Virus record (IMG/VR): IMGVR_UViG_3300024299_000001
Span: 1-64,000 of that record
Strand: one strand, 5' to 3'
DNA: 64,000 bases
From: a virus
The notes under the pieces were generated by a model. That model was given only the letters and a program-made list of their open reading frames with translations, had not been told where the DNA came from and did not search any database. The position numbers and the translations under genes were made by a program. The stretch's first letter is position 1, and the number at the start of each line of letters is the position of its first letter. Positions 8,118 through 17,301 of the stretch are shown piece after piece.

Positions 8118-9188
8118 TTAACTATGCGCAGCAGCATAAGAGCTAATGGTCATAACCCCAAAGTCTTTGCTGTTGAAACGGGTTTTTTGCATACCAAAAC
8201 AACTGCCGGCTGCAAGACCTTTTTTGTTACCATAATCCTGGCTTTTTTCAACCCAGGTAATATAGTTGTCTTTACCAACTTTCTTTTGGTCCATTCTGTC
8301 ATAAGCATTACCCAACGCAAAAACACCAGCTTGTGCACCCAGGAAGAGATTCCTTCGTACGTTAGTTGTAGGTGTGTAAATACGATTTGATTCATAGATG
8401 ATGCATTTATTGTAAACACCAAGAGCTCCGTTAAAGATCGGATTCTTGAGTCCACGAATATTTGCATACTGCTGAATTTCATGCCATTTAACACTTGAAG
8501 AACCTGTACCAAGGGACAATTTCATGTCAGTCACTGAGTAAGGATGAAGCACAACTACAAAGTAGTCGTCGCCATCGATACGAACAGGACGCATGGGAAC
8601 GTCATTGGTAGTCGCTTTTTCTTTTGCGTAATCAATATCTTCAAGCAGGAATTTATCATTTGAATCCAGGGCGCCAGTGCTTGTTTCAGCAGTTGCGTTA
8701 CCAGAATAAATGATATGATCTGAGTCAGGAGTTCGGCCAGTGTTGCTACCGTGGGTCAACGAGGTGTCACCGCAAAGATACCTGAACATATACTCTTCAA
8801 GCTTGTTGCTCCACCATCTTGACAAGGCCCACTGTCCGTCCTTTCTAAGATTATGAATTGTTCTCTGCTGGGACATTTTTCCAAAGATATGTGCATGTCT
8901 CAGCTGATTGATTTTAATACTGTCCTGATAAAAAGTCAACTGTTCTTCGTTGCCTTCCAGGGTGTTGTCTCCAGTTACGCCAGCGCCTTCCATCTCAACT
9001 AAGAGATCGTAGACTATATTATCACCAGCGTTCTTCTCGAGGTCTTTTGCCATATAAAGGATCGCATCTTCATTAGTTCCGAGAAACTTGCGGAAGAACA
9101 AGGTACCCTTAAGGGCCTCGTACCATGTCTTTTTAGACCAAAGTTTCACCGTTTGACTTGACGATGTGCCGAACTCTGTCTCTGCCAT
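8118..9188 (-). CDS. Major capsid protein (HK97-fold; resembles the N4-gp56/DUF4043-type family from memory)
   Basis: 356 aa, sited after the scaffold gene. The motif pattern GDNIVYDLL...GAGVTGDNTLEGNEEQL...IKINQLRHA is typical of that capsid family. Confidence 0.8.
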   Translation of the reverse strand: MAETEFGTSSSQTVKLWSKKTWYEALKGTLFFRKFLGTNEDAILYMAKDLEKNAGDNIVYDLLVEMEGAGVTGDNTLEGNEEQLTFYQDSIKINQLRHAHIFGKMSQQRTIHNLRKDGQWALSRWWSNKLEEYMFRYLCGDTSLTHGSNTGRTPDSDHIIYSGNATAETSTGALDSNDKFLLEDIDYAKEKATTNDVPMRPVRIDGDDYFVVVLHPYSVTDMKLSLGTGSSSVKWHEIQQYANIRGLKNPIFNGALGVYNKCIIYESNRIYTPTTNVRRNLFLGAQAGVFALGNAYDRMDQKKVGKDNYITWVEKSQDYGNKKGLAAGSCFGMQKTRFNSKDFGVMTISSYAAAHS

Positions 9189-9207
9189 TTGTGACTCCTG
9201 TTAATAA

Positions 9208-9840
9208 TTATGAATATTTATCTTTATACTCCACAACTTTGTGTAGTAGATCTTCGTTTGACTCTATTGTACCTAGTAAAGTATTACATCTAGGACACAG
9301 TAACCCTCTAACCTTATTTGTATCATGGTCATGATCTATGGATGCTCTAGTAGATAACTCACTGAAATCTTTACTGCAAATTTCACAGCAGCCTTTTTGT
9401 TGATTCATCATATCTTGAAAATCAACTTCAGTTAAGCCATAACTTGTTTTAATACTAGCCATACGAAAATAATGATCACGTTGTTTACGTTCAGCATTAT
9501 TTTTTGCACCAGTAGGGTTATACTGTTTTCGTCGTAAGTGCTCACAAGTTTTACAGTTAACCATTAAACCATTTTTATCTCGGTTGTCAACTCCGAATAA
9601 TTTAACTGATAAAGTTTGTTTACACGACGGACAATACTTTTTACCTTGTTTAAGCTGCTGAACGCGTCGATTAGTTTCTTCGACACTTTTCTTGCCTTTA
9701 CCATTTGCCCAGCATTTTTTATTTGACTTACTTGCACATTGTCTACAGTATGATTTTAAACCGTCTTTACTTCGCGCTTGTTTGTTAAACTCAGTAATAC
9801 TTTTTTCTACTTTACATCCACTACACGTTTTAGTCTTCAT
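9208..9840 (-). CDS. Endonuclease VII-family HNH nuclease with repeated zinc-ribbon modules (free-standing, homing-endonuclease-like)
   Basis: SIDHDHDTNKVRGLLCPRCNTLLG matches the DHDH..RGLLC..CN..LG signature. Two upstream CxxC...F...DG...C..C modules are present. The likely start is MKTKTCSGC (ATG rc 9840..9838) rather than the ORF-track start at 9945. Confidence 0.8.
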   Translation of the reverse strand: MKTKTCSGCKVEKSITEFNKQARSKDGLKSYCRQCASKSNKKCWANGKGKKSVEETNRRVQQLKQGKKYCPSCKQTLSVKLFGVDNRDKNGLMVNCKTCEHLRRKQYNPTGAKNNAERKQRDHYFRMASIKTSYGLTEVDFQDMMNQQKGCCEICSKDFSELSTRASIDHDHDTNKVRGLLCPRCNTLLGTIESNEDLLHKVVEYKDKYS

Positions 9841-9956
9841 TTTACTAGCCCTCGCTATTTCCTGTAAAATAAATACGAGGGAAAGAATGTAGGTTGCATC
9901 CCTTTTCGACTTGCATTGTCTATCCCTCATAACTGTATAATTCATATCAGTTTTCC

Positions 9957-10934
9957 TTAACCTGTTTTTTCCAGTAGACGATCGATTTTCGCCATCGTTC
10001 GAGCGTCTAAGTTCATGAATTCTTCAGTCGGCATATTTGCAACTCTAGCAAGTAGAGTCTCGTTTACTTCGCCTCCTGAAGAGTTTGCTCTTGCTAGTGA
10101 AGCTGGTCGATCTGTATCCAATAGTTCATTGGTGTTGTTAGCTTCAGTTATTGCAAGGTTTAAGGCTTTTCGTACATACCGTGGGGTCGCAATCAAGTGC
10201 GCTTCCAAAACACTTTCCATGTTTAAAGACGGAAACTTCTTTGTAAAAGCGTCATTGATTGTTTTCGAGTTCAACGCGATGTCAATAGCTTGATCAGCTG
10301 TAGTAGGCGCTGCAATTCCGCGCTTTACTAAGTAGTCATCAAATAAGTCATCTTTCAAGTAATCCCACGCGCTTGAAACTTTTTTGTGAGCGTCAGCATA
10401 GCCTTCGTTCTCGCTCAATAAAGTGTTTAACGCTTCGCTTTCTGACGCTTTAGTATGCATAGTTGTAGTTGCATTTCGCAACATGTCAACCTGATTCTTA
10501 AGCTCCAAAAGTTCAGCATTATCTCCAGTACTCAGGTTCATCAATTTAGAAGTATCCAGGTAGAGATTCCCTTCTTCATCAAAGTCGATAGGGATGTTGG
10601 AGTACTTCTTGTCATCAAGTTCGTTCTCCAAGTCCTTAGTCTCTTTGAAAGTTGCTACGGCAGTTTTAATTTCATCTAACTGCTCCTGTAGTCCCTGTCT
10701 AATACCTCTTTGTGCTGATAAAGATTTAATTAAACCTTTATTGGCAATTTCTAACTCAGACATCTTCTTAGCAATAGATTGTACGTCGTCTACATCCTGA
10801 TCTGCATCATCATCTGCATCATCATCCACATCATCCACATCTGCAAATTCATCCAACACATCTGTGTCATCAACGTCAACTTCATCTAGTGCTGCGAGTT
10901 CTTCTTTTGTTAGATTTTTGTTATCCTCAGCCAT
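9957..10934 (-). CDS. Scaffolding protein
   Basis: 325 aa with a highly acidic N-terminus and a helical, coiled-coil-like composition. It lies between the portal and capsid genes. Confidence 0.6.
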   Translation of the reverse strand: MAEDNKNLTKEELAALDEVDVDDTDVLDEFADVDDVDDDADDDADQDVDDVQSIAKKMSELEIANKGLIKSLSAQRGIRQGLQEQLDEIKTAVATFKETKDLENELDDKKYSNIPIDFDEEGNLYLDTSKLMNLSTGDNAELLELKNQVDMLRNATTTMHTKASESEALNTLLSENEGYADAHKKVSSAWDYLKDDLFDDYLVKRGIAAPTTADQAIDIALNSKTINDAFTKKFPSLNMESVLEAHLIATPRYVRKALNLAITEANNTNELLDTDRPASLARANSSGGEVNETLLARVANMPTEEFMNLDARTMAKIDRLLEKTG

Positions 10935-10976
10935 ACTAACTCCTTTTCGCCCGATCCCCGGCGTCGGTAGTCACCC

Positions 10977-13064
10977 TTATGTAGGTGTCACATTTGTTGG
11001 TGTATTATTCTGTGGTGCTGCAGCCTGTTTCTCTGACGCACTCACCACAAATTTAAGTAGCTCAAGCATAGAACTTTTCTCGTCTGCGTCCATATCAGCC
11101 ATCTTAGCAGCTAAGTCACGCTTAGAGTCAGTGTCTTTCTGAGCTATTTGCTCCCTTGATATTGCACCGTCTTGCATCTTGCCTTTCGCCATTATTTCTA
11201 ACTTCTTGCTCTCGTTTTGTACCTGTGCTGTTTTATGCTTATCGTCACTTTCCAGCTTTTTGGCTTTCATCTGCATCTCAATACCTTGCAGTTTCTGTTT
11301 GCCTTCTTCTTGTTGCTTAATGTAGTTTTTCCAGTTTGCTTTTTCAATTGGAGATAAATCAAGTTTGTCAATCACAGTGAATGGATCAACTGGGAAGCCT
11401 TTTTCCATCATTTCCATAAAGGTTGCCAGCTCAGCCATCATCTTAGTTAAGCCACCAGGGGCTTCTTCCATTCGAATATTGTAATTTAGGTCACGAATTT
11501 TTCTAATCGGCGCAATCATTCCACGCTGTTGATCTACTATATAACCTTGTTGAAAAGTGTATTTCTCAGTTTCACCGAGTATCTTTCTAATCTGTGTCTC
11601 AGGCATAAAGCGTACGATTATCTCAATCTTCCGCTTGTATACTTCTTTAAGTGCAGCTCGATGATTAGCAAATAACTTAGCCAAGATAGTAAGTCCTTGC
11701 TGTTGTCTCAAACGAAGATTTATTCCTGGTTCACGACGCTGCTGTGCAATACCCATCAAGTCAGGATTCACACCACTGATCATCTTCATTGCTTCCCGGT
11801 TCATCTCTTCAAGCTTCATTGGTGCATCAGGGAATTGTGGAACAGATTTTTCTTTAACCTTGTTCAAACCCCCCTTGGTCATAAACGTAATTGCATCAGG
11901 ATCAGCCCATGAGTCTTGCGCTTGTGTGAGATCATGAAATGCATCAATCTCAGCCATGACGCCAACGCCTTGCTTACCCAGGAGTTTAAGTGTATGCATC
12001 CAACGTCTATTGCATTCTTTCTGTGGGTCAATCATACCCTTCACAAGCCCATAGGCCTTGTGCTGCCGGGTTGATCGATCGATATATGCTCTTGCACGAC
12101 AGAGTGAGAAGTTCTTCTTATAGACAGGTGAATCACCTTCCCACAAAATCCGGTCATGTGTGTAGTGCAGCCAATGAATCTTAGTGTCATATACTTGAGT
12201 CAGTTGACCAGATATTTTTTCTTTCTTCAGGAGGTTGTATTCTTTCTTTGTTAGCTCAGTAATTTCCTTCTTGTCACTTATAAAGTAGTATCGCAGATAC
12301 GCAATTCTGTACTCTAAATGTGAGACCAAAACTCGCTTGTTTTGTGAGTCGTAGAACTCAAAAGAATCTGCTTGCACTACGTCTTGGTCTAGATAACCAA
12401 GAGAGTGATCTGAATGCTTACCTAGTCCTTCCAGGCCATCAGTAAAAATTTCTTCCATATCCTTAATGTGCTTAGGATACCTGATGTGAAAGTCTTCTGC
12501 TGTAATCCACTTCTCATAGATGATGTACCGTGCATCACTAAGGTTCGACTTCCTACACATTGGATCAACTAATACCTCATACCCTTCTAATGAGAATTCG
12601 TAGAACTGAAGTTCTTCAGGATTTGCCGGATCAGGTCCTACGTCGACTACTACATCACCAACACCTGTGATAAGTTCATTCTCAAATAGTGTCTTGTGCT
12701 CATCTGCTGCGTCAAGTTGACTTGTGTCAATGTACTTGACAATATCCTCAAGTACTTCACATAAGAAGTCATCACTCTTCTCAACTGGGTATGGATAAAT
12801 ACGTACTGGATTTTGCGACTCAATCCCAACGGCTAGTTCTACAGTAGGATGGATGTAGTTCCATACTAAAGCTTCACGACCCTGCTGCTCTAGCTTAAAC
12901 TTCTCATCATCACTCCACTGGTCACCGGCTTTAAACTTCTGCGCAAGCTGAGCTGACTCAAGCCACTCTAGATTTGCAGTCCAAGCTTCGTCTCGCATCT
13001 CTTTCGCAACTGTCAGTCGATCTTCTTTTGAGAGCTCAGTAAATGATGTATACCAACCAGCCAT
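10977..13064 (-). CDS. Portal protein
   Basis: 695 aa, immediately downstream of the terminase genes, with a charged C-terminal tail. Function comes from position and size. Confidence 0.7.
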   Translation of the reverse strand: MAGWYTSFTELSKEDRLTVAKEMRDEAWTANLEWLESAQLAQKFKAGDQWSDDEKFKLEQQGREALVWNYIHPTVELAVGIESQNPVRIYPYPVEKSDDFLCEVLEDIVKYIDTSQLDAADEHKTLFENELITGVGDVVVDVGPDPANPEELQFYEFSLEGYEVLVDPMCRKSNLSDARYIIYEKWITAEDFHIRYPKHIKDMEEIFTDGLEGLGKHSDHSLGYLDQDVVQADSFEFYDSQNKRVLVSHLEYRIAYLRYYFISDKKEITELTKKEYNLLKKEKISGQLTQVYDTKIHWLHYTHDRILWEGDSPVYKKNFSLCRARAYIDRSTRQHKAYGLVKGMIDPQKECNRRWMHTLKLLGKQGVGVMAEIDAFHDLTQAQDSWADPDAITFMTKGGLNKVKEKSVPQFPDAPMKLEEMNREAMKMISGVNPDLMGIAQQRREPGINLRLRQQQGLTILAKLFANHRAALKEVYKRKIEIIVRFMPETQIRKILGETEKYTFQQGYIVDQQRGMIAPIRKIRDLNYNIRMEEAPGGLTKMMAELATFMEMMEKGFPVDPFTVIDKLDLSPIEKANWKNYIKQQEEGKQKLQGIEMQMKAKKLESDDKHKTAQVQNESKKLEIMAKGKMQDGAISREQIAQKDTDSKRDLAAKMADMDADEKSSMLELLKFVVSASEKQAAAPQNNTPTNVTPT

Positions 13065-13077
13065 AATAAGTCACCTT

Positions 13078-13299
13078 TTATTTTTTTGGAGTAGGCTTAA
13101 CTGTGCCAACTGCCGGAATCTTCGCAGTTTCTTTTGTACCAATGTAGATGACCGCGGCAGACTTAAGTACATCACCGCTCTCAAGATGCACACTGTTCTC
13201 TACATTTCGTGTAACCATCTTCATCAGTCTCTCATGATCGTACTGAGCCAACTCAATTGTGTTACCGTCAATCATTCTTGCATAGTATCTTGTTCCCAT
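13078..13299 (-). CDS. Hypothetical protein between terminase and portal
   Basis: 73-aa ORF with RBS GGGAG, tightly packed in the operon. Confidence 0.5.
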   Translation of the reverse strand: MGTRYYARMIDGNTIELAQYDHERLMKMVTRNVENSVHLESGDVLKSAAVIYIGTKETAKIPAVGTVKPTPKK

Positions 13300-13311
13300 T
13301 ACTCTTCTCCC

Positions 13312-14766
13312 TTACATTACCATTCTTCGTTGTTTATATTTCGCCATCAGTGCGTCTACTTCATTCAGGCGTTCCTTTGTATAGCCAGAAAGGCCCCTGA
13401 TACGCATCATCACATACTGAAGAGCATCGTGGACATGACTGTACTTATTCTTGGCAGGCGTATCTGCAAATCTCTCTTCACCAACAACCTGCAGTCTTCT
13501 AAACTTATAGCCTCCATTAAATCCCTTTCTCAAATGGTTGCAGTCAGGATGTAAGTTGAATGCAGGCTTGCCGTCCCTGAGTGCAGTAAGATAGAATCGT
13601 ACTGCTTCAAGACGTGGATCTAGCACATTGGTATTTGCTTCTTCACACATGATACCTAAGTCGGCTAGTTCTTTAAAAACTGTTTGTTCGTCTGTTTGTG
13701 CACGTTGATTGCCGGCTGGGTCACCGATGAATGAGATATCTGTGTCGGGGTAGTGCTGCTGAATATGTGGCAGTAAGCAGGTCTCAGCAAACTGCTTAAT
13801 ACCCATGTCAAAGGAGACTACTTCAGACAGCACATTCACACCGCCACGTGTTGTTGGTTGTACAAATACTGCAGAGGGAGTTAAGCCAAAGTCAAGGCCG
13901 CACAGTAATTCCTGATCCTCAACATGCACGATATGTTCATTTAGATGAAGGGCTTCTGACCACTGTTCTTTGTAAATCGGCCTTCCATCTTCAACACTCC
14001 CGAATTGATTTGCTAGGTTGACCTTTATCCAACTGTGTGTCTTACCTTCTTTTCCTCTAGTGTAGTATCCCTCAGGTAAGTTTTGTATGTTCTCAGCCAA
14101 AGGATTGGATTCCCATTCTCTAGTTACGGGGTTCTCTATTAACCCACCAGGTTGTGTAAAAAAGGTCCAGTCCCTTGGCTTGGTAACTTCTTGCAGTTCG
14201 TAAAGCCAGTGATCATCATCCACTTGATTGGTGTCACCGATTATCCCGTACCATGACGGCCCGCCATCAATAGCTGACGGATATCTGCCGATACGAAAGT
14301 CGAGCATATCCAGGATAGCTTTCGGTAATTCTTTTATTTCGTTGAGCCAGGCCCCAGTCAACTGTGATCCCCTCACCTTCTTGACAGCTTGCGGTCTGTC
14401 AAGAGCTATGAAGACTAGGTCTGAGTCAACGATGGTCTTATCTGATAGTTTAAATTTTATATGGTGGTTGGGTGGTTGAATACCAGACCCTTTAGAAAAC
14501 TTCCCTAGATGCTCGAATAAGTCAAGCCAATCCTTGATCGTAGTAGAGAAGAGTTCTCCATATGTGTTCCTGACAGCGTACCATCTACTTTTGCGTATGC
14601 CTTGCCGGTTTGGTCGCTGCTCAGTCATCTGTGTCAAGATGCGTTCACAAGAGCCATAAGTTTTGCCGCTACCTAATGGCCCTGTGATAATACCAACACG
14701 CCCTCGATGATGAATGTAGTCACCGAGTACCTGCCCTTGCGCCTTGGTTTTCATCACAAACTTCAT
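13312..14766 (-). CDS. terL: Terminase large subunit
   Basis: Walker A is GPLGSGKT and the Walker-B-like block is LTGAWLNE. The C-terminal nuclease-type acidic blocks are GLDFG, IGDPAG and HVHDAL. Confidence 0.9.
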   Translation of the reverse strand: MKFVMKTKAQGQVLGDYIHHRGRVGIITGPLGSGKTYGSCERILTQMTEQRPNRQGIRKSRWYAVRNTYGELFSTTIKDWLDLFEHLGKFSKGSGIQPPNHHIKFKLSDKTIVDSDLVFIALDRPQAVKKVRGSQLTGAWLNEIKELPKAILDMLDFRIGRYPSAIDGGPSWYGIIGDTNQVDDDHWLYELQEVTKPRDWTFFTQPGGLIENPVTREWESNPLAENIQNLPEGYYTRGKEGKTHSWIKVNLANQFGSVEDGRPIYKEQWSEALHLNEHIVHVEDQELLCGLDFGLTPSAVFVQPTTRGGVNVLSEVVSFDMGIKQFAETCLLPHIQQHYPDTDISFIGDPAGNQRAQTDEQTVFKELADLGIMCEEANTNVLDPRLEAVRFYLTALRDGKPAFNLHPDCNHLRKGFNGGYKFRRLQVVGEERFADTPAKNKYSHVHDALQYVMMRIRGLSGYTKERLNEVDALMAKYKQRRMVM

Positions 14767-14769
14767 ATC

Positions 14770-15279
14770 TTAAACTCCACTCAAGTCTCGGATGATCACA
14801 GTGGGGAGCCCAGACTCATCTTTGCCCATCGAAATTGCACTGTTGAGTCCCTGAATGTCCTTGGTCAGCGCTTGAAACACGCCAGAGAGTGTGGCAATAT
14901 CTCTAACACTCTCTTCATCGACTGCCTCAATCGCACTGCGAGCTTTTGCCAGTAACTTAGTTTCTAAGTCAGCATATAATTCGACAAGTGCGAGTTGCTT
15001 GGCCATGTTAAACACTTGAAGTCTTTTTCGGTTTTTATCCAGGAATTGATCTGCGCGAACGGTAAAGATATCTTCACCCTCTAAAAGCTCTTCACCCTCT
15101 GTACCTTCAACCAGAGAGAAGGAGGACGAATCGTCTTCTGAAAACCACTGCTGCCATTCTTGTTCTTTGGCAATCTTCTCCATCATAGAGAGAGGTAAAC
15201 CTAGAGTATCTGCAAGATCTTTAAGAGGGACGCCTAGAATCTCGTAAGATAATCTAGGTACTTTCATATTGGTTTCCAT
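14770..15279 (-). CDS. Putative terminase small subunit (N-terminal HTH-like)
   Basis: 169 aa, the first gene of the late arm directly upstream of terL, with RBS AAGGAG. Function comes from position. Confidence 0.5.
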   Translation of the reverse strand: METNMKVPRLSYEILGVPLKDLADTLGLPLSMMEKIAKEQEWQQWFSEDDSSSFSLVEGTEGEELLEGEDIFTVRADQFLDKNRKRLQVFNMAKQLALVELYADLETKLLAKARSAIEAVDEESVRDIATLSGVFQALTKDIQGLNSAISMGKDESGLPTVIIRDLSGV

Positions 15280-15368
15280 ATCAGCTCCTTTTACTTTCTT
15301 ATTTAATTATAAGCTATATATTTGGATTTGTACAGCTTTATTTGAAAATAAAATACAGTAATACCACT

Positions 15369-15757
15369 CGTGGGAAAAGTGTATCATACCATATTATATA
15401 GGCGAATTTTTTCTACAGTTTTGATCTTTTTTAGTATAAGCACATCAGTTTGGCAGAGCAATACACGTATTATAGTATTTTAGTATCGGGGTTATACTTG
15501 TGTAAAAAGTGTATATTTTAGTAAAAACAGAGAAATTTTTTTGTTTAGTTTCTCGGTGTTATACTTGTGTAAAAAGTGTATATTTTAGTAAAAACAGAGA
15601 AATTTTTTTGTTGGGATTCACAGAAGAGTGGTGTAAAAAGTGTATATTTCACTGTGTACGAGAAATTTTTTTGTTGGGATTCACAGAAGAGTGGTGTAAA
15701 AAGTGTATATTCTATTGTTTACGAGAAATTTTTTTGTCGGGATTTACATAAGCAGAG
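15369..15757. repeat. Tandem array of 63-67-bp units (4 good copies plus 1 degenerate) with core GTGTAAAAAGTGTATAT ... GAGAAATTTTTTTGT
   Basis: Cores lie at 15500, 15567, 15631 and 15694, with a degenerate copy at 15372. The array is in the divergent intergenic region. Confidence 0.85.
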
Positions 15758-15786
15758 CTTATTAACCCACGGGCCCCCTATACCCC

Positions 15787-15950
15787 ATATTATATATTTA
15801 TTTTATTTTAAAATATTTTTAAATAAATATTATATTATATATTAAATTTTATTAAAAATATATAAAAATTTATTTAATTTTTTTATTTACAAATTTATTT
15901 TTTTATTATATAATATATATATTAAATAAATAATAATTATTTATTTAATA
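15787..15950. other. 164-nt tract composed of A/T apart from a single C (candidate DNA unwinding element or UP region)
   Basis: Direct reading: only C15890 interrupts the A/T run. Confidence 0.8.
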
Positions 15951-15955
15951 GATCT

Positions 15956-15984
15956 TTGACATAATATAAAAGCTTTTATATGAG
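15956..15984 (+). promoter_or_regulatory. Candidate early promoter: perfect -35 TTGACA, 17-nt spacer, weak -10 TATGAG
   Basis: TTGACA lies at 15956..15961, immediately after the AT tract. The -10 lacks the final T. Confidence 0.3.
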
Positions 15985-16116
15985 AAGGCTAGAAGACTTC
16001 ACTCTTCTGTAAGAAGAGCGCGAGACTGAATAGCCTGCTTATAAGAAGAGTGTATAACTGTGAGACTCTGATACTGAAGAGTCTCACTCGATGGCCTAAG
16101 CACAAGGAGACTTACT

Positions 16117-16302
16117 ATGAAATCACTAAACTTTGAAACTAACGAAGCTTATATCGCATGTGATTTTGAAGAAACATTCGACAGAACACACTTCAACGAA
16201 TACTTGAAGAATACTGAGATACATGATATGACTGAGTATCTCGAAACTCTTGTACCAGTGTACAGAGCATCGCACACTGACTTTGTTAAACGCCCGTACT
16301 AA
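16117..16302 (+). CDS. Early hypothetical protein (acidic)
   Basis: 61 aa with RBS AAGGAG. It is the first ORF of the plus arm. Confidence 0.55.
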   Translation: MKSLNFETNEAYIACDFEETFDRTHFNEYLKNTEIHDMTEYLETLVPVYRASHTDFVKRPY

Positions 16303-16381
16303 TCAACACAAACATCCGAACAGCGCTCGGGCGATGTAAAACTAAGCGCGTTTACAACACTCAACTTATAAGGAGTACATC

Positions 16382-16708
16382 ATGGCCAAAGCAAAAGAAC
16401 AAAGCGTACAGTTGACTAACACTACAGAGCTGAAAAGCTGGACCAAACCTGAACTTGTAACTGCAGTAATTGAGTATGAAGACTTGCTCCTTGCACTTGA
16501 GAGTAAAATCTCAAGTGTGAAGGTGCCTGTAACAGGGCGCAAAGAACAAGTACTGAAAATCTTGAAGTCAGCTGGACACATAAGCGTCTCAGCTATTGCG
16601 ACGCGCATTGGCATCAGCCAACGCAATGTGTCTTCGCAGATGACATACCTCCGCAAGGACGGTCATGCAATCGCGACCGACTCGCTCGGTCGTAAATTTC
16701 TTGAGTAA
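16382..16708 (+). CDS. Winged-helix DNA-binding protein, paralog 1 (SSQMTYLRKDG family)
   Basis: 108 aa with RBS AAGGAG. The C-terminal 55 aa are near-identical in pattern to the 18233..18562 product. Confidence 0.7.
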   Translation: MAKAKEQSVQLTNTTELKSWTKPELVTAVIEYEDLLLALESKISSVKVPVTGRKEQVLKILKSAGHISVSAIATRIGISQRNVSSQMTYLRKDGHAIATDSLGRKFLE

Positions 16709-16734
16709 TTAACTGATGTCTTCTAGCCTTCTAT

Positions 16735-16786
16735 ATGCGCTGCTCAATAACGAGCAGCGCAACCCTTAACAAGGAGAATGACTATG
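16735..16786 (+). promoter_or_regulatory. Intergenic module copy 1: 9-bp GC hairpin (GCGCTGCTC-aataac-GAGCAGCGC) plus AACCCTTAACAAGGAG RBS plus start
   Basis: This is a nearly identical 52-nt block found three times. The hairpin lies at 16737..16760. Confidence 0.8.
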
Positions 16787-16999
16787 GCTATTGTTTATGT
16801 AGTAATGCTTGACGTAAAGTATGAAGGTTCAACACTCAGAAATTTGTTTAGCAATGAAAACGCAGCACGCAAGTACTGCGCGGCTAATGCCAACGACGTC
16901 GAGTATGATGACGTGAGCTTCTCAATTCACGAGATGACTGTGATTGACGAAGTAAATGTTACCGAGGCTGATGACAAGTATGATCATTACGACTACTAA
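16784..16999 (+). CDS. Early hypothetical protein (acidic C-terminus)
   Basis: I chose the second ATG of ATGACTATG as the start, because the first is only 1 nt from the RBS. Confidence 0.55.
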   Translation: MAIVYVVMLDVKYEGSTLRNLFSNENAARKYCAANANDVEYDDVSFSIHEMTVIDEVNVTEADDKYDHYDY

Positions 17000-17006
17000 C
17001 CTTAAC

Positions 17007-17058
17007 ATGCGCTGCTCAATAACGAGCAGCGCAACCCTTAACAAGGAGGATGATTATG
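17007..17058 (+). promoter_or_regulatory. Intergenic hairpin+RBS module copy 2
   Basis: The hairpin lies at 17009..17032 and has the same sequence as copy 1. Confidence 0.8.
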
Positions 17059-17241
17059 ACTAACCCTAACCGATCTAAAGTTCTCAATGCTGTTCAAACA
17101 TCAATCAAATCAAACGGTTATTACCGTAATGATATGATTGCCAAACAACTCGGTATCCCTAAGCGTGAGGTAAGCAAGATGCTTACTTACCTTAGATGCG
17201 ATAACGGCCACGACTTCACGCGGTATAGAATGAACCGCTAA
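17056..17241 (+). CDS. Short winged-helix-like protein, divergent paralog (KMLTYLRCDNG)
   Basis: 61 aa. The pattern IAKQLGIPKREVSKMLTYLR parallels IATRIGISQRNVSSQMTYLR. Confidence 0.5.
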   Translation: MTNPNRSKVLNAVQTSIKSNGYYRNDMIAKQLGIPKREVSKMLTYLRCDNGHDFTRYRMNR

Positions 17242-17249
17242 CCTTTAAC

Positions 17250-17301
17250 ATGCGCTGCTCAATAACGAGCAGCGCAACCCTTAACAAGGAGAATGACTAT
17301 G
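17250..17301 (+). promoter_or_regulatory. Intergenic hairpin+RBS module copy 3
   Basis: The hairpin lies at 17252..17275. Confidence 0.8.

Noticed and set aside
15500-15757. CRISPR array interpretation of the 65-bp tandem units
   Set aside because: The inter-core segments are themselves repeated: units 1 and 2 are identical and units 3 and 4 are similar. There are therefore no unique spacers, and no cas genes are present in the window.
15509-15845. Two overlapping 80-89-aa plus-strand ORFs in the divergent intergenic region
   Set aside because: Their sequences are the 65-bp tandem units read in frame, with repeated KFFCWDSQKSGVKSVY blocks. They have no RBS and run into the pure-AT tract.
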